A stretch of DNA of 64,000 bases from Octopus vulgaris (Eukaryota), in the NCBI GenBank assembly GCA_951406725.2, contig OX597814.1, forward strand, positions 186,744,001 to 186,808,000, in the 5' to 3' direction. The translations under genes were made by a program, and so were the position numbers. Below, in pieces: positions 12,934 through 24,899 of the stretch (its first letter is position 1; each line of letters begins with the position of its first letter). The notes beneath the pieces were generated by a model. That model ran no database searches. It had not been told where the DNA came from and saw only the letters and a list, made by a program, of their open reading frames with translations.

Positions 12934-14265
12934 TTCCAAACTCTGTCAACTTCAACAACAAGAACTACGCTGACCAATTCTTACTCCTAAAGATGATGCA
13001 ATATTTACAATGTAATAATTTCAAACAGGTAGGGAGAAAATAAAAAGAAATTAGAAATTACTCATTTTACCCCGGTAACTAAATTTGATTTAAAGGGTGA
13101 TAGAAACTGACTATATAAGAATATTCCTTTTCAGATACGTAAAGGACATTCCAATAGCTTATGCTATCATATAACTGAATATTTTATACGAATCCAAACT
13201 AGATGTAAAGTAAATATTCTGCATGAAAATGTCTTATAGTGTTAATACGAGAGTTGGTGACACCCAGAATATTCCAGTCCAAGTGTAATTCTGCACCTTA
13301 CCTCTAATTGAATCTGCATTTCACAACGGTGCATGTCAGCATTTCTAAAGTCAAGAACACATGACAAAAAATTTTTTTTTCTTAATTTCTCATAACTTCT
13401 CAGCACGTGACATCAACACAGCTTTTAGATATTTTCAGTTTTATCCTACTCTATATTTCCTCATATTCATCATGAAAGTGCCTGAAGATTTGAATTAAGT
13501 AATCTAATGACGAAACAGCGACATCATCTGGATCTTTGTGTGCGTCTTCCGTTTCATTCAGGATATGAGAAATGAAAAAAAAAAATTTTTTTTTTTTTTG
13601 TAACGTATAAAAGTATTTTAATTCGAAATAAAGATTTAACTTCAACCCTTAAGACAAGAGACTGAAGCTGAACCAACCTGGAGCGCTGGATAACGTAACA
13701 TACAACTTATGAACGTGCCTGCTGCTTTCAAAATATTAAAACCATTGCTGGAATAGTTTTCATTAATGTTTTTACATTTAATGAAGTTTATTCGACATGA
13801 ACATACCAAAATTTGCAGAGTAAAATATCTGAAAAATTGAGAAATAATCAATAGGATCAGTGTCGTTCACAAACACTACAAAAGTTGGAACAGCTTAATT
13901 TAGATAAAATAAATCAAATCGTGTAAGTGATTATTGATAGCGTAAGAAAAACAGTGTAAGAAAAATCCGAGTAGCCTGTATATAATGCGCTGATATTTTT
14001 TAAAAAACCCAACCCAAAACGTCTCCCTAAGCATCGAATACGGAGTACACAACATCAAAGTTTCCTTTAATTTGTCGTTTGCTGTACAAATTTGCTTTCT
14101 CTAGTGATAAAAGTATCTACACATTAAATTATTAAATGCTCCATTATTTTAAGCAACTGAACTTCTTATGCAAATTAATTTCTTTAGTACTTTGGTTGCA
14201 TGCACTCAACTTAGCGCAATATGATTCTCGATTCTTTACTTTTTCTTATTTACATTAATGATACT

Positions 14266-14676
14266 GGATCTTTTCGGTTTGAACGGCAGTTTTTTCTAGC
14301 GGTGTCATGTGAAATTGTCACCCATAATTATGATCCTAGAATCGATCTATTGCATTTCAATCTGTTTTAGGGTTAGGGGTGGAGGAAGGGTATCTATTTT
14401 TCTTCACAAATGTAAATAAATCCAATCTGTTTCTTAAACGAGAGACATATTCATACGGCACAGAATGCTTTTTAACTCAATAGACGTCACTGATTGGTTG
14501 AAATTGCAGAAATTGGAGAGAGAAAAACAACGAATATCTTACAAACTATAGAACTTTTTCAATAAAGCCAAAAGAAAAAGATGTTTTATAAACACATTCT
14601 ACCAGTATACGAAGTTTAAAATTTTTTAGTTACCTAGAAATTATGTTTAAAAATGCCGTTCAAACCGAAAAGATCC
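14266..14676. mobile_element. MITE, hAT-type (8-bp TSD)
   Basis: TIR GGATCTTTTCGGTTTGAACGGCA / TGCCGTTCAAACCGAAAAGATCC; TSD ATGATACT at 14258-14265 and 14677-14684; no ORF. Confidence 0.93.
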
Positions 14677-15555
14677 ATGATACTTTTCCATAACGTCTTC
14701 TGGAGCCGCAGATTTACATAAGATTTTGTGTCATCCTGGAGTGACTCGATTATGACACAGTTACATCTGAGAACGTACTATTTTTTGGGAATTTAAAATC
14801 ACAATTCAGTCTCTTCCTCATGCCAAATTGAACAAGACCCCTTAACCTCTCGTGCGTCTCACTGTCATCTACCATCGTTTCTTATCACTCTTAGTGTATG
14901 CTTATAGAATACTCGGTATTTCCCCTTTACATTTGTATCTTCTGATGTGACTTCTCCAAGAGATTCTGTGTAATCAATTTAAAATTCAAACCTCAAACCG
15001 TGCTATAATTAATTTAGAAATGATTATTTCCCTTATAATAACTGCCGCCAGGGTATAACATGTGTTGAAATTACGTTGACTGTGAATTTTAAATATATGC
15101 ACACAAACTGACGACGATACGTGTCTAAATAAATGGCTTTTCTAACATAACGAAAGATAAAGTAGTACGGAATAGCAGTTTCAAACTATTATCTACGTAC
15201 AAACGGCTTGTAAAATTCTTTCATAGTGATAGGGAAAATATTAAAAACTCTTTCACAAGGTAGAAATCTCTGGAAACAATTTATCCATATGTCGGACTTT
15301 CCCATTTTTTCTCTCTCAATTACAGAACTATTAACGATCAATGAAGATATTTAAAAACAAAAAGAATGCACATTCTATTAGTGTTATCTAAACATTCTCG
15401 TTTCGTAAAATGTTTAATTCGGCGTAATTTAATTGCTTAGGGTTATGTTATGCAGATGATTTCAAAAAAAGATGAAATGGGACTATACATGACTGCCTGT
15501 AACTCTAAAATTTAAGATCTTTGTAATGAGTATAAAAAAATAAGGAGTGGCTATA

Positions 15556-15826
15556 GGCGCAAGAGTGATTGTGAAGCTTGCTTGCTTACCAACCAAATGG
15601 TTCCGGGTTCAGTCCCACTGCATGGCACCTTGGGAAAGTGTCATCTCCTATAGCCTTCGAGCCAACCAAAGCCTTATGAGTGAACTTGGTAGACGGAAAC
15701 TGAAAGAAGCCCGTCGAATATGTGTGTGTGTTTGTCCCTCCAACATTGCTTGACAACCGATGCTGGTGTGTTTTCGATTTTCTCGACTAAAGGCGGTGCT
15801 CCACCATGGCCGCAGTCAAATGACTG
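15556..15826 (+). mobile_element. SINE family A, internally deleted
   Basis: Head GGCGCAAGAGTG..GGTTCAGTCCC, body, then a jump to 'tcgactaaaggcggtgctcc..gcagtcaaatgactg'. Confidence 0.88.
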
Positions 15827-16039
15827 CGCATCTTCGTTATTCTTCGATTTAAAATTCAAACTTCTAACCTCACCATGAATAATCTAGAAATTATTATCTC
15901 CCTTACAATAACTGCCGCCATGGCTTGTCACGTTTTTCAAACGCATGAGATGTTCGTCATTTAAAGACAGCCGAGGACTGACCTGACGACTTTGAATATA
16001 CTTGCAATGAAATATGACATATTACAGGGAATATAATAG

Positions 16040-17345
16040 TTTCTCATTCAGTACAAGCCAGTATTTGACTAGTACATTATCAATCCCGGAAGGATGAAAA
16101 GCGAAATTGACCTCGGCAGGATTTGAACTCAGCACGTAAAGAACCAAAAGAAATGCCGCTAGGCATTTTTCCAACGCTCTAATGATTCTACCAGCTCGCC
16201 ACCTGACATGGTGCTAATAATTGTTGGTACAAGGCCAGCAGTTTTAGGGAGAGAGGCGAATTGATTGCCTTGACCCCAGTGCTCAACTAGTATTTATTTT
16301 ATTGACCTCGAAAGGGTAAAAAGGCAAAGTCCACCACGGCAGAATTTGAACTTAAAACGTAAAGATCTGGGGAAGAAACGCCGTTATGCATTTTGTCCGA
16401 TTTTGTCAGATCGCCAACTTGTGTGATTCTAATAATCCTTTCTGCTTTTTGTCCAGCGTGATAACGACTCAGCCAACTCGCCGTCTTACACATGATCCTA
16501 TTGATGATTTCAAATTTTGGCACAAGCCTAGGAAATTCGGGGGAGTGGGGAGGAGGGCTAGTCGATGACATCGACCCCAATGCTCAGCTGGTATTTATTT
16601 TATCGACACTGAAATGATGAAAGACAAAGTCGACCTCGGCGGTATCTGAACTGAGAAGGTGAAGACTGACGAAATGCCGCTAAGTGTTCTGTCCGGCGTG
16701 CATACGATTCCGCCAGCTTGCTGCCTTAAATGTGATCCTAATAATCCTTTCTACTATAGGCACAAGGACTGAAATTTAGAGAGAGGGAACTGGTACTTAA
16801 TTTATCGACTCCGAAAGATTGAAATGTAAAGTCGACCCCGGCGGAATTTGAACTCAGAACGTAGCGGCAGACGAAATACCGCTTAGCATTTCGTCCGACA
16901 TGCTAACGATTCTCCCAGCTCGCCGCCTTAGATGTGATCCTAATAATCCATTTTACTATAGGCGCAAGGCCTGAAATTTGGGAGAGAAGGATAGTCGAAT
17001 ACATCGACCCCAGTGTTTCACCGGTACTTAATTTATCGACCCCGAAAAGATTAAAGGCAAAGTCGACCCCAGCAGAATTTGAACTCAGAACGTAGTGGCA
17101 GACCTAATACCTATTTTTTTACTACCCACAAGGGGCTAAACACAGAGAGGACAAACAAGGACAGACAAACGGATTAAGTCGATTACATCGACCCCAGTGC
17201 ATAACTGGTACTTAATTTATCGACCCCGAAATGATGAAAGGCAGAGTTGACCTCGGCGGAATTTGAAATCAGAACGTAACGGCAGACGAAATACGGCTAC
17301 GCATTTCGCCCGGCCTGCTAACGATTCAGCCAGCTCGCCGCCTTA
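16040..17345 (-). mobile_element. tandem array of ~6-7 family-B tRNA-derived SINE units
   Basis: Repeated unit 'gacccc.gaaa..gaaaggcaaagtcgacctcggcggaatttgaactcagaacgta..ccagctcgccgcctta' separated by '(A)TGTGATCCTAATAAT'. Confidence 0.9.
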
Positions 17346-18155
17346 GATGTGATCCTGATAATGACGACGAAAAGGACATGGTTAACACAGCTGAAATAAT
17401 TTTTTTTTAAATTAATAAATAAATAAACGTTACACACGCACATGGTGAAAGTGCGTGATTAACTTATTAAAGAACTAATGCAGTGTGAATTCATCACTAA
17501 ACAAGAAGTAAAAGCAGTAAATAAACGCAAAGAGAGATTGCTTTGACAATCATTTTCCAAAAACCATCGAGTTGTGTTTGGTTCAGCATTTATCTTTGGT
17601 TTTGTAAGCAATGTTGGCCATCATTTTTTCCTAATGCAAATACAGTAAATTTTACTCATCCAGTTTGCTTTTTAAAATATCAAACAGAGAAGAATCCGGT
17701 TGAGATTCGAACCACAGTTCTTAAGTTTATCTAGTCTTAAATCGCAATCTAAATTATTTCTACAAAAGAAAAATAGTCGGCATAAAAAAAATAGAATTAA
17801 CGCTTACGCACTGTTTTATATATGGCCTAGCCAGTGACTGCAAAGGAAGCGTGCAAGTTTCTCCGCCAAACGGGTTTCATAACCTTCCAGGTTAACAGTT
17901 ATTTAAAGGCGAGAACATTCAACTACTTTTGGCTATTCTCCTGGTTAATTCAACCTCACCAGAGAGCGACTTCAGGATCTGCATAAGTCGGTCGTTTTCC
18001 CATCTGGTAGTCTCTCAACATCTTTCTCTTCTATTCACAGGTCTTAACTAGTCGTGACAATTAACGAATATTTATTATATTCCCGGTACCACTGACACAA
18101 TATTAATTTTTTAAATGCCCATATATAAATACAATGTGGTATTAGGAAAATATTT

Positions 18156-18548
18156 TTCGGTTTGAACGGCAGTTTTTAACAATTTCTAGGTAACTAAAAA
18201 ATTTTATACTGGTAGAATGTGTTTATAAAACATCTTTTTCTCTTGGCTTTATTGAGAAAATTCTTTAATTTGTAAAATATTTGTTTGTTTTGTTTTTTCT
18301 TCAATTTCTGCAATTTCAACCAATCACTGACGTCTATTGAGGTAAAAAAAACATTCTGTGCCGTATGAATATGTCCCTCGTTTAAGAAAAAAATTGGGTT
18401 TATTTACATTTGTGAAGAAAAAATGATACCCTTCCCCCTAACCCTAAAACAGATTGAAATGCAATAGACCGATACTAGGATCATAATTATGGGTAACAAT
18501 TACATATGACACCGCTTGAAAAAACTGCCGTTCAAACCGAAAGGATCC
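18156..18548. mobile_element. MITE, second copy inverted relative to 14266-14676
   Basis: Reverse-complement match to the first copy. TSD AAATATTT at 18148-18155 and 18549-18556. Left TIR lacks its outer ~7 nt. Confidence 0.9.
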
Positions 18549-19208
18549 AAATATTTGGAAACTCAAATGAATCTTAGTGTGGTTATTGCCAACACATGTA
18601 ACCTAACATCCTACCTGATACGAAAACAGATAGAAAAGATAAAACAAACAACCACACTAAATATGTTTCGTTAGAATTTGTTATAGATTAAACATGAGCC
18701 TAGTGGTGGTAGACTTTTGGCTCCAAATCCTCCAAATTACATTTAAACAATATTTTCCCTTCATATCATTCGAGAAACTGAAAGGAAAGCGTCATACTCC
18801 TACATCGCAGTTACGTCACTAGTTTATCAGTTTCCGTCTTTCTTATAAAATGAAATGGGTTAAGTGATTTGATCTTCACTATTTGTTTCAGAGAAATTTG
18901 GTAGCTGTTTAGAAGCAGATCAAACGACAACTTTTTAACTTTTGCGAAAAAATATTAGTGGAATATGATTCGGTTTCCTATTTGATAACTCTTCTACTTG
19001 TAAGTTTTTAAAAGTTATTTAACGAGATATTTATTTCAATCATGTAAATGCTAAAATGTAATTTTTAAAAGAAGAAAGAAAAAGAATGGACGCGTTGCAT
19101 AAAACTGCAGTGTAAAACAGCGAAGGTGACACGCAGGCTGTTTTATGTGGTTCAGGAAGTGCAATGCTTCCGAAGTGAAATCGTTGTATGTCGTGTTACA
19201 CGAACTAG

Positions 19209-19247
<39 letters not shown>

Positions 19248-19706
19248 TTTATGTTCCGTTAAGATCAACAAAAGAAGTATTCCATCTAGTGAGAGATAAA
19301 TATTCAATGTACAGAGTACAACGGTACCAGCTACTTATAGTTTCTGGCATTGGAGACGCACATCTAAGCAAACTTTTATAACACACCTTGTGTTTGGTAA
19401 CCATTTTTTAGGCTCTGAGCACATACTCTACTCACTTTAGAAAACAGGACGTTGGTACAAGAGAAATCACGAGAAGTTAGATACAGAAAGTGAATAAAAA
19501 CGAGAAAAAAAAAGAAAGAAAATTACATTCGTGTCCCCTTTGACGGTAAAGCCATAATTAAGCTGCAAGTTGTGGAACAATTTAACAGAGAGGGGTCCAA
19601 AATCTCGATACAGCTGCTCCATTCGGAGAGGGCGGTTTCCTCTCCTACGCCAAAAGAAGAGCAAGCTTCTTATATATATATATATAAATGGCCGAAACCT
19701 ATCAAA

Positions 19707-19742
<36 letters not shown>

Positions 19743-20689
19743 TAGCTTACCCGTGTCGTCAGAAAAGCCTAGTTTTATTAATGATAAAAATGGCACGGTC
19801 AGATCAATCAGAAAAACAATTGAGTAAATATATGTTTATATACACAGAGCTGAACCACTTGAAGAAGTAGATACGGTTGTAAAGTCTCGGTTGAAAATAT
19901 CGACCCCATTATCGATATTATCTATATTAAATTATCAATAATACATTAAAAGTGAGCTTGAAACTTGCTTGCTTGCAATGTTACCCAGCCAAACTGGCGT
20001 ATAATGGGAAAATACTATCGGTTAAGTTGCCCCTGAAATGTGAATACGAACGGAATAAAACAAGTTTTGAGTAAATCGGACAACTGGTTATTGAGATACT
20101 AGGGGTTTTCGTGGTATAAATACCCCAAACGGTGCATAATGGGGAAATTCTCTGAAAATAACTTAACCTTAAAAGGGAAAAAACTCTAACCTTTCCATTA
20201 GACACAGTGACTTGACAACGAAAAAATACGATTTGTTTTTTCCAGTAAATGTTTCTATTTTCGCTTTTGTTAAGTGCAATACTTTAATCATTTAGAAATA
20301 TTTTTAAGTGAAGGTGATTTAAAAAATGTAAGTTGTTTGTACAGTAAATATTAATATTTTAGCTTTCTTTAAACAGGCAATATTTTAATGGTTTTTAAAT
20401 TTTCAAGTGAATACCATTACAAAAAATATTTTTGGTATATTTAAAAAGTATTTTAAAGTGAAAATGACTTTCAAAATACGGTAAATATTTTGTAAAAGAC
20501 TAGTTCGTAACTTCGGTGTGAAATAATTTTTTTTTCCATAGGTTTTTTTTCGAGTGCATTCAACGTATCTCACCTTCAAAGATTTGGCTACTATTTCTAG
20601 CACGCCCTACTACCACGTAACAGCTATTTGCAATAAAGACCCGAAATACCTGTTACGTTGTAGCAAGGCGTGCAAGAAATAGCAGCCAA

Positions 20690-21130
20690 ATCTTTCTTTT
20701 TCTGGGGGAAAGGAGCCGTTTAAGGAAGGGGGAGTTTCGATCAAAAGGGATCGTAAAAGGAGAGAAAGAGGACAAAAAAAAGGGGGGTTAAAAAAAGGGG
20801 GGGGGGGGAAATTGATCAATAGGGATCGTTATCACAGAAATGTCAATATGAAGTGTAAAGGGGAGGACAGGTGAGGTTTACCCGTGGAAAGAAAAGCCTA
20901 CGGAAAAGACCACGGTAACCTCGGTCAATGAAGTCACATTTTATATTTCTTTTTTTTTTTTTTTTTTTTTTGCAAATAAGCAACTCTCTGTTTTCGATTT
21001 CTGGGTTCATAGGACTATGCTCAAGGTGGCTTCGTCATTCATACGTGCCATTCTTGCTACATTCACCCATCTTTTTTTAAAACATTCGCTAGACAAAACT
21101 TGCCTCTCTACTCTCACTTTCCTTTTCAAG
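20690..21130. repeat. unclassified interspersed repeat upstream of (GATA)n and the PLE ORF
   Basis: Composition differs from flanks; internal direct repeat (gatcaa.agggatcgt x2) and a hairpin at 20874-20922; abuts (GATA)n 21134-21183. Confidence 0.4.
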
Positions 21131-21133
21131 TGG

Positions 21134-21185
<52 letters not shown>

Positions 21186-21189
21186 GTGA

Positions 21190-22075
21190 ACAACAGGTGC
21201 ATCTTCTCCACTCCTATTACATAAAACCCATAGCTTCTAAATATGTTGTTCACAAGAACTCAGCCTTGTCACACTACATGAAAATCAACATACTGATAGC
21301 AGACTTAGGATAATGAATAACGTGTCCCCACTATGCAAAACCTATATAACAAAGAAACATGTACAGAACTTCATGCACCGCATGCAATTCTATGGATATG
21401 ATCAGAAAGATAGGGTTCGGGTATATAGGGGAGCTAGAAAGAAGTTGATAGCATTATATGTAATGAAACCAGTGGTATCTACTCTAGATATAGAAGTAAA
21501 GACTGGAATAGGATACAAAGAGTTTGTGACAAAATAAACAAGGTGAACACGTGGTACAAGACCGACAAATATCAAAGAGTGATGTTTGTAGAGGCCACAG
21601 CCCATGGAGAACTAGCCTGTAGATTTGGGAAAGCTCTGAAGGAGGCCGAACCCAACATTAAGATTGTTGAAAAGTCAGGGAGCTCCATCCTATGTAGGAT
21701 GTACTCCTTTGAGAATACCACATGCACCAATGATAACTGCATGGTATGTAAGATTAACCCTGGCACTAACTGTAGGACTAGAAATGTAGTATACAGCATA
21801 AAGTACATAGAGGGTGCATGTAAAGACAAAAACATAGGTGAGACATATAGAAGCATTGCGGACAAACTAAATGAACATTTGAGATAATATGACGACAAAA
21901 AAATGTCCTCCATACTCTACCATCATGCCAAAGACCAACATGGAGGCACACTGGGTCAACTTGACATCGACATTTTTTCCAAGCACCCGAAGGACCCAAC
22001 ACTCAGACAAACACAAGAGTACGTCCTCATAAATGAAACATCACCAGTACTAAGCAGGAAATATACATAGAAGGT
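21190..22075 (+). mobile_element. Penelope-like element 3' fragment (post-RT region + GIY-YIG endonuclease), disrupted
   Basis: Frames 21313-21537 and 21543-21887 give FMHRMQFYGY and 'CTNDNCMVC..NCRTRNVVYSI..CKDKNIGETYRSIADKLNEH': the CxxxxCxxC knuckle plus the VVY/IGET..R..EH GIY-YIG signature of PLEs. Stops and frameshifts present. Confidence 0.85.
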
Positions 22076-22514
22076 AGTCATACCCCAAACCCACAGCTTA
22101 TATATAAACAGAGTTGTAAGTAGGCTGTTATGTAGACGTGTGTGTGTGTGTGTGTGTGTAGGTAGGTAGGTAGGTAGGTGAATGGATATGTAAATAAATA
22201 AATAGATAGGTACATAGGTAATACGAACAGACAAGCATACATACACAAATGAAGACTGAAACACATGACCATGTACACACATGCACACTTCATATACACA
22301 CACACACACAAGGACACATTTGGAGACACATCCATACATAACAGATGTACGTACATAATCATACAAACCCATACACATAGACACACTCAAACATGCACAC
22401 ACAAGGAGGCATAAGTACACACACACATACAGACACACAAAAATGAATATGCAGAATATATACATACATACATACAAACGTACACACACGCATATATATA
22501 TATATATATATATT

Positions 22515-22880
22515 TGTCCTACGTCCTGGTTTTGTTTTGTTGTTTATTTTTTATTATTTTTTATTTTTACCGTTATTGTTTTTACGTTTTTGCATTCTTA
22601 TTGGTGTCACGTATTCTGTATTTTTGTTCGTGTACTTCGTTCGTTTTCCGTCCTCGTGTTGTATACATTCGAAGCTTTCTTCCAGGGGATCTAATGCGCT
22701 TGTCTTAGATTTCCCTTGGCTGGCTGGCCATATCGGAGCGATCTCAAGATTAATCAGCCGAAATTGCTAAGATGATCTGGTTCTTGACTGATGACTGAGG
22801 GCTTCGAATGTCCCGTCCTGTGGTTCTTGTGTCGTCTCTGTGGTGTTTCATGTTCTTGTCCATGTCTGTAATTATTTTTA
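22515..22880 (+). mobile_element. PLE-associated terminal-repeat-like segment embedded in (TA)n
   Basis: Flanked by (TA)n on both sides, homologous to 4200-4390 (minus), same strand as the upstream GIY-YIG ORF. Confidence 0.6.
22665..22811 (+). ncRNA. rearranged (non-circularly permuted) hammerhead ribozyme candidate, copy A
   Basis: ACATTCGAAGC..hairpin 22682-22719..GGCTGG CCATATC gg AGCG-ATC TCAAGA ttaa TCAGCC GAAA TTGCT aagat GATCTGG t TCTTGA CTGATGA..GCTTCGAATGT. Predicted cleavage after C22743. Confidence 0.75.
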
Positions 22881-23130
22881 CTGTTTACCTATATATATAT
22901 ATATGCCTACACACACAAACAGATACATACATATGTGCATACACATGCATACTGGCGCATACACATGCGCACAAACAAACAAACAAAAAGAACGCAGCTC
23001 TGATAACGGACAGAGTCAACGACTATTGAAAAGTTTGCAAGATGCAACGAAAGTTTTAGAAAAAAATAAGTAAATGAGTGGAAATCGAACCGGTGAGTGT
23101 GTTAAATAATAAGGCACTAAAAGAGAATGG

Positions 23131-23167
<37 letters not shown>

Positions 23168-23510
23168 TTAATCTTTATGTCCAGCTAAACATGGTTATCT
23201 TGTTGGAACACCAAATACAGTGTTATTGGCCTTGACAGATTCTCTCATGTAAGCACTTGGTGCATAAAAGCACACACATAGTTGGGCACCCGAATTCCCA
23301 TATCATGTGATTTCATTCTATTCGAAATAAACAGTGTGCGGCTCCAATATCACGTAATTTTATTCATCTGAAAGTCATCAACGGGAGGATCACCCAAGAC
23401 TAATAATGCAGTATTACGTTCTAACAAGGCATCCATATTAAGTTGGATATAAAGATTACCGTTTAGCATTTATACTGCTTTTGTAGCTAATAATTTATAC
23501 ATATATATTT

Positions 23511-23862
23511 CATCTTTTATCTTTTACTTGTTTCAATCGTGAAACTGCGGCTGTGCACCTTGAAGAAATTTTAGTCAAATGAATCGAACCCAGTACTTTC
23601 TTAAGCCTGCTATTTATTCTATCAAATCTCTTTTTGCCTAACCGCTAAGTTACGGAGTGGTAAACACACCAACACCGGTTGTCAAGCTCTGGGTGAGGCA
23701 CACACACACATACATACATACGACGGGCTTCATTCAGATTTCCGTCTACCATATCCACTTACAAGTCTTTGGTTGGCCTGAGGCTATAGTAGGAGACATT
23801 TGCTCAAAGTGCTACGCAGCAGGACTCAACACGGAATCATGTGGTTGGGAAGCTTGTTACCA

Positions 23863-23864
<2 letters not shown>
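23511..23864 (-). mobile_element. SINE family A, diverged
   Basis: Homologous to 12525-12933. Confidence 0.85.
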
Positions 23865-23901
<37 letters not shown>

Positions 23902-23904
<3 letters not shown>

Positions 23905-24416
23905 CATCAAATGCAGTGTGGTCATGTGAGACGTATGGATGAGGAGAGCTGCATTAAGAACTACCGGTCTCTAATTGTGGGGGAAAAGTGTGGAAGGGCT
24001 AGACCTAGGAAGGACGTGGGACGAAGTGATGAGAAAGGGTCTTCAGACGTTTGGCCTCACAGCGGAGAAGTCAAAGGACCGAGACTTCTGGCGTTTTGCT
24101 GTGCTTGAGAAGACACGCCAAACTAAGTAAAATCGTGGTGGTCCATGCATACAGGCATGTCATTTATATCCCTCTCTGAGCTGAGAGATTCTATATTTGC
24201 GGGTTCGTGGGTACTTGTACCATGTAAAAACACCCGCGCCGGTTCCACGTTAAAAGCACCCAGTACACTCTGTAAAATGGTTGGTATTAGGAAGGGCATC
24301 CAGCCGTAGAGACCATGTCAAAACAAATAGATTCCGGGCAGCTCTCAAGGTGGCCAGCACCTATAGAACCGTCCAACCCACGCCAGTATGGAAAACGGAC
24401 GTTAAATGATGATGAT
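23902..24416 (+). mobile_element. RTE LINE 3' fragment
   Basis: GHVRRMDEESCIKN..CGRARPRK peptide and 3' UTR ending in (GAT)n; homologous to 44452-45300. Confidence 0.85.
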
Positions 24417-24454
24417 TTTATTTATATATATATATATTATATATATATATATAT

Positions 24455-24790
24455 AATATCTTTCTCGTTTCTACTTCTCCTTCTTGAGCGCATGCGCAGT
24501 ATTTTTTGGTTACTATGGAAACAGTTCTTCGCAATCAGCTGTGCAACACATGGCGCTTCTTTGTTTTGGTTACTATGGAAATAGAAATTTTCGCTACGGT
24601 GATATGTAAAATACTCGCTTCTGATTGGCTAAAATACCCAAATTTTGCAAATTTTAAAAGCTAATAACTTTCTAATTATGAATTTATAGGAAAAATTAAT
24701 TTCATTTTCATAATTAGTATACAAAACTATCCATTAAGCAAATTTAAAAACAATTGGAATAAAATCGTAAACAGTGACGAAAGCCACTAG
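24455..24790 (+). mobile_element. probable non-autonomous Helitron
   Basis: Ends TCGT-aaacagtg-ACGA hairpin then CTAG|T (24787-24791); starts in (TA)n; internal duplicated 'ttttggttactatggaaa'. 5' TC end not resolved. Confidence 0.45.
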
Positions 24791-24899
24791 TTTCCTTGGA
24801 TGCAACTATTTTACTCTACGTAATTGATCGGCCTGCTGCATGTCATTCATGAGTGCGTGTGGTTTAGTATCATATATCATACTTTCGCTAATTGTTTTG

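Noticed and set aside
12090-13851. Minus ORFs 12090-12284, 13451-13645 and 13642-13851 as exons of one gene
   Set aside because: Could not join them with phase-compatible splice sites, and no recognisable domain.
16040-17345. CRISPR-like or tRNA gene array
   Set aside because: Units are ~200-bp SINEs with homologous, not unique, interiors; no full cloverleaf; eukaryotic context.
19741-19770. CTAG next to (TA)n as a Helitron 3' end, or a minus-strand donor CGG|GTAAGC
   Set aside because: Hairpin incomplete and no matching 5' end or convincing acceptor found.
22783-22815. Conventional hammerhead reading CTGATGA..CGAAT
   Set aside because: The downstream GAA is followed by T and no stem II/III forms. 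That segment instead pairs as the closing stem, and the GAAA that fits lies upstream.
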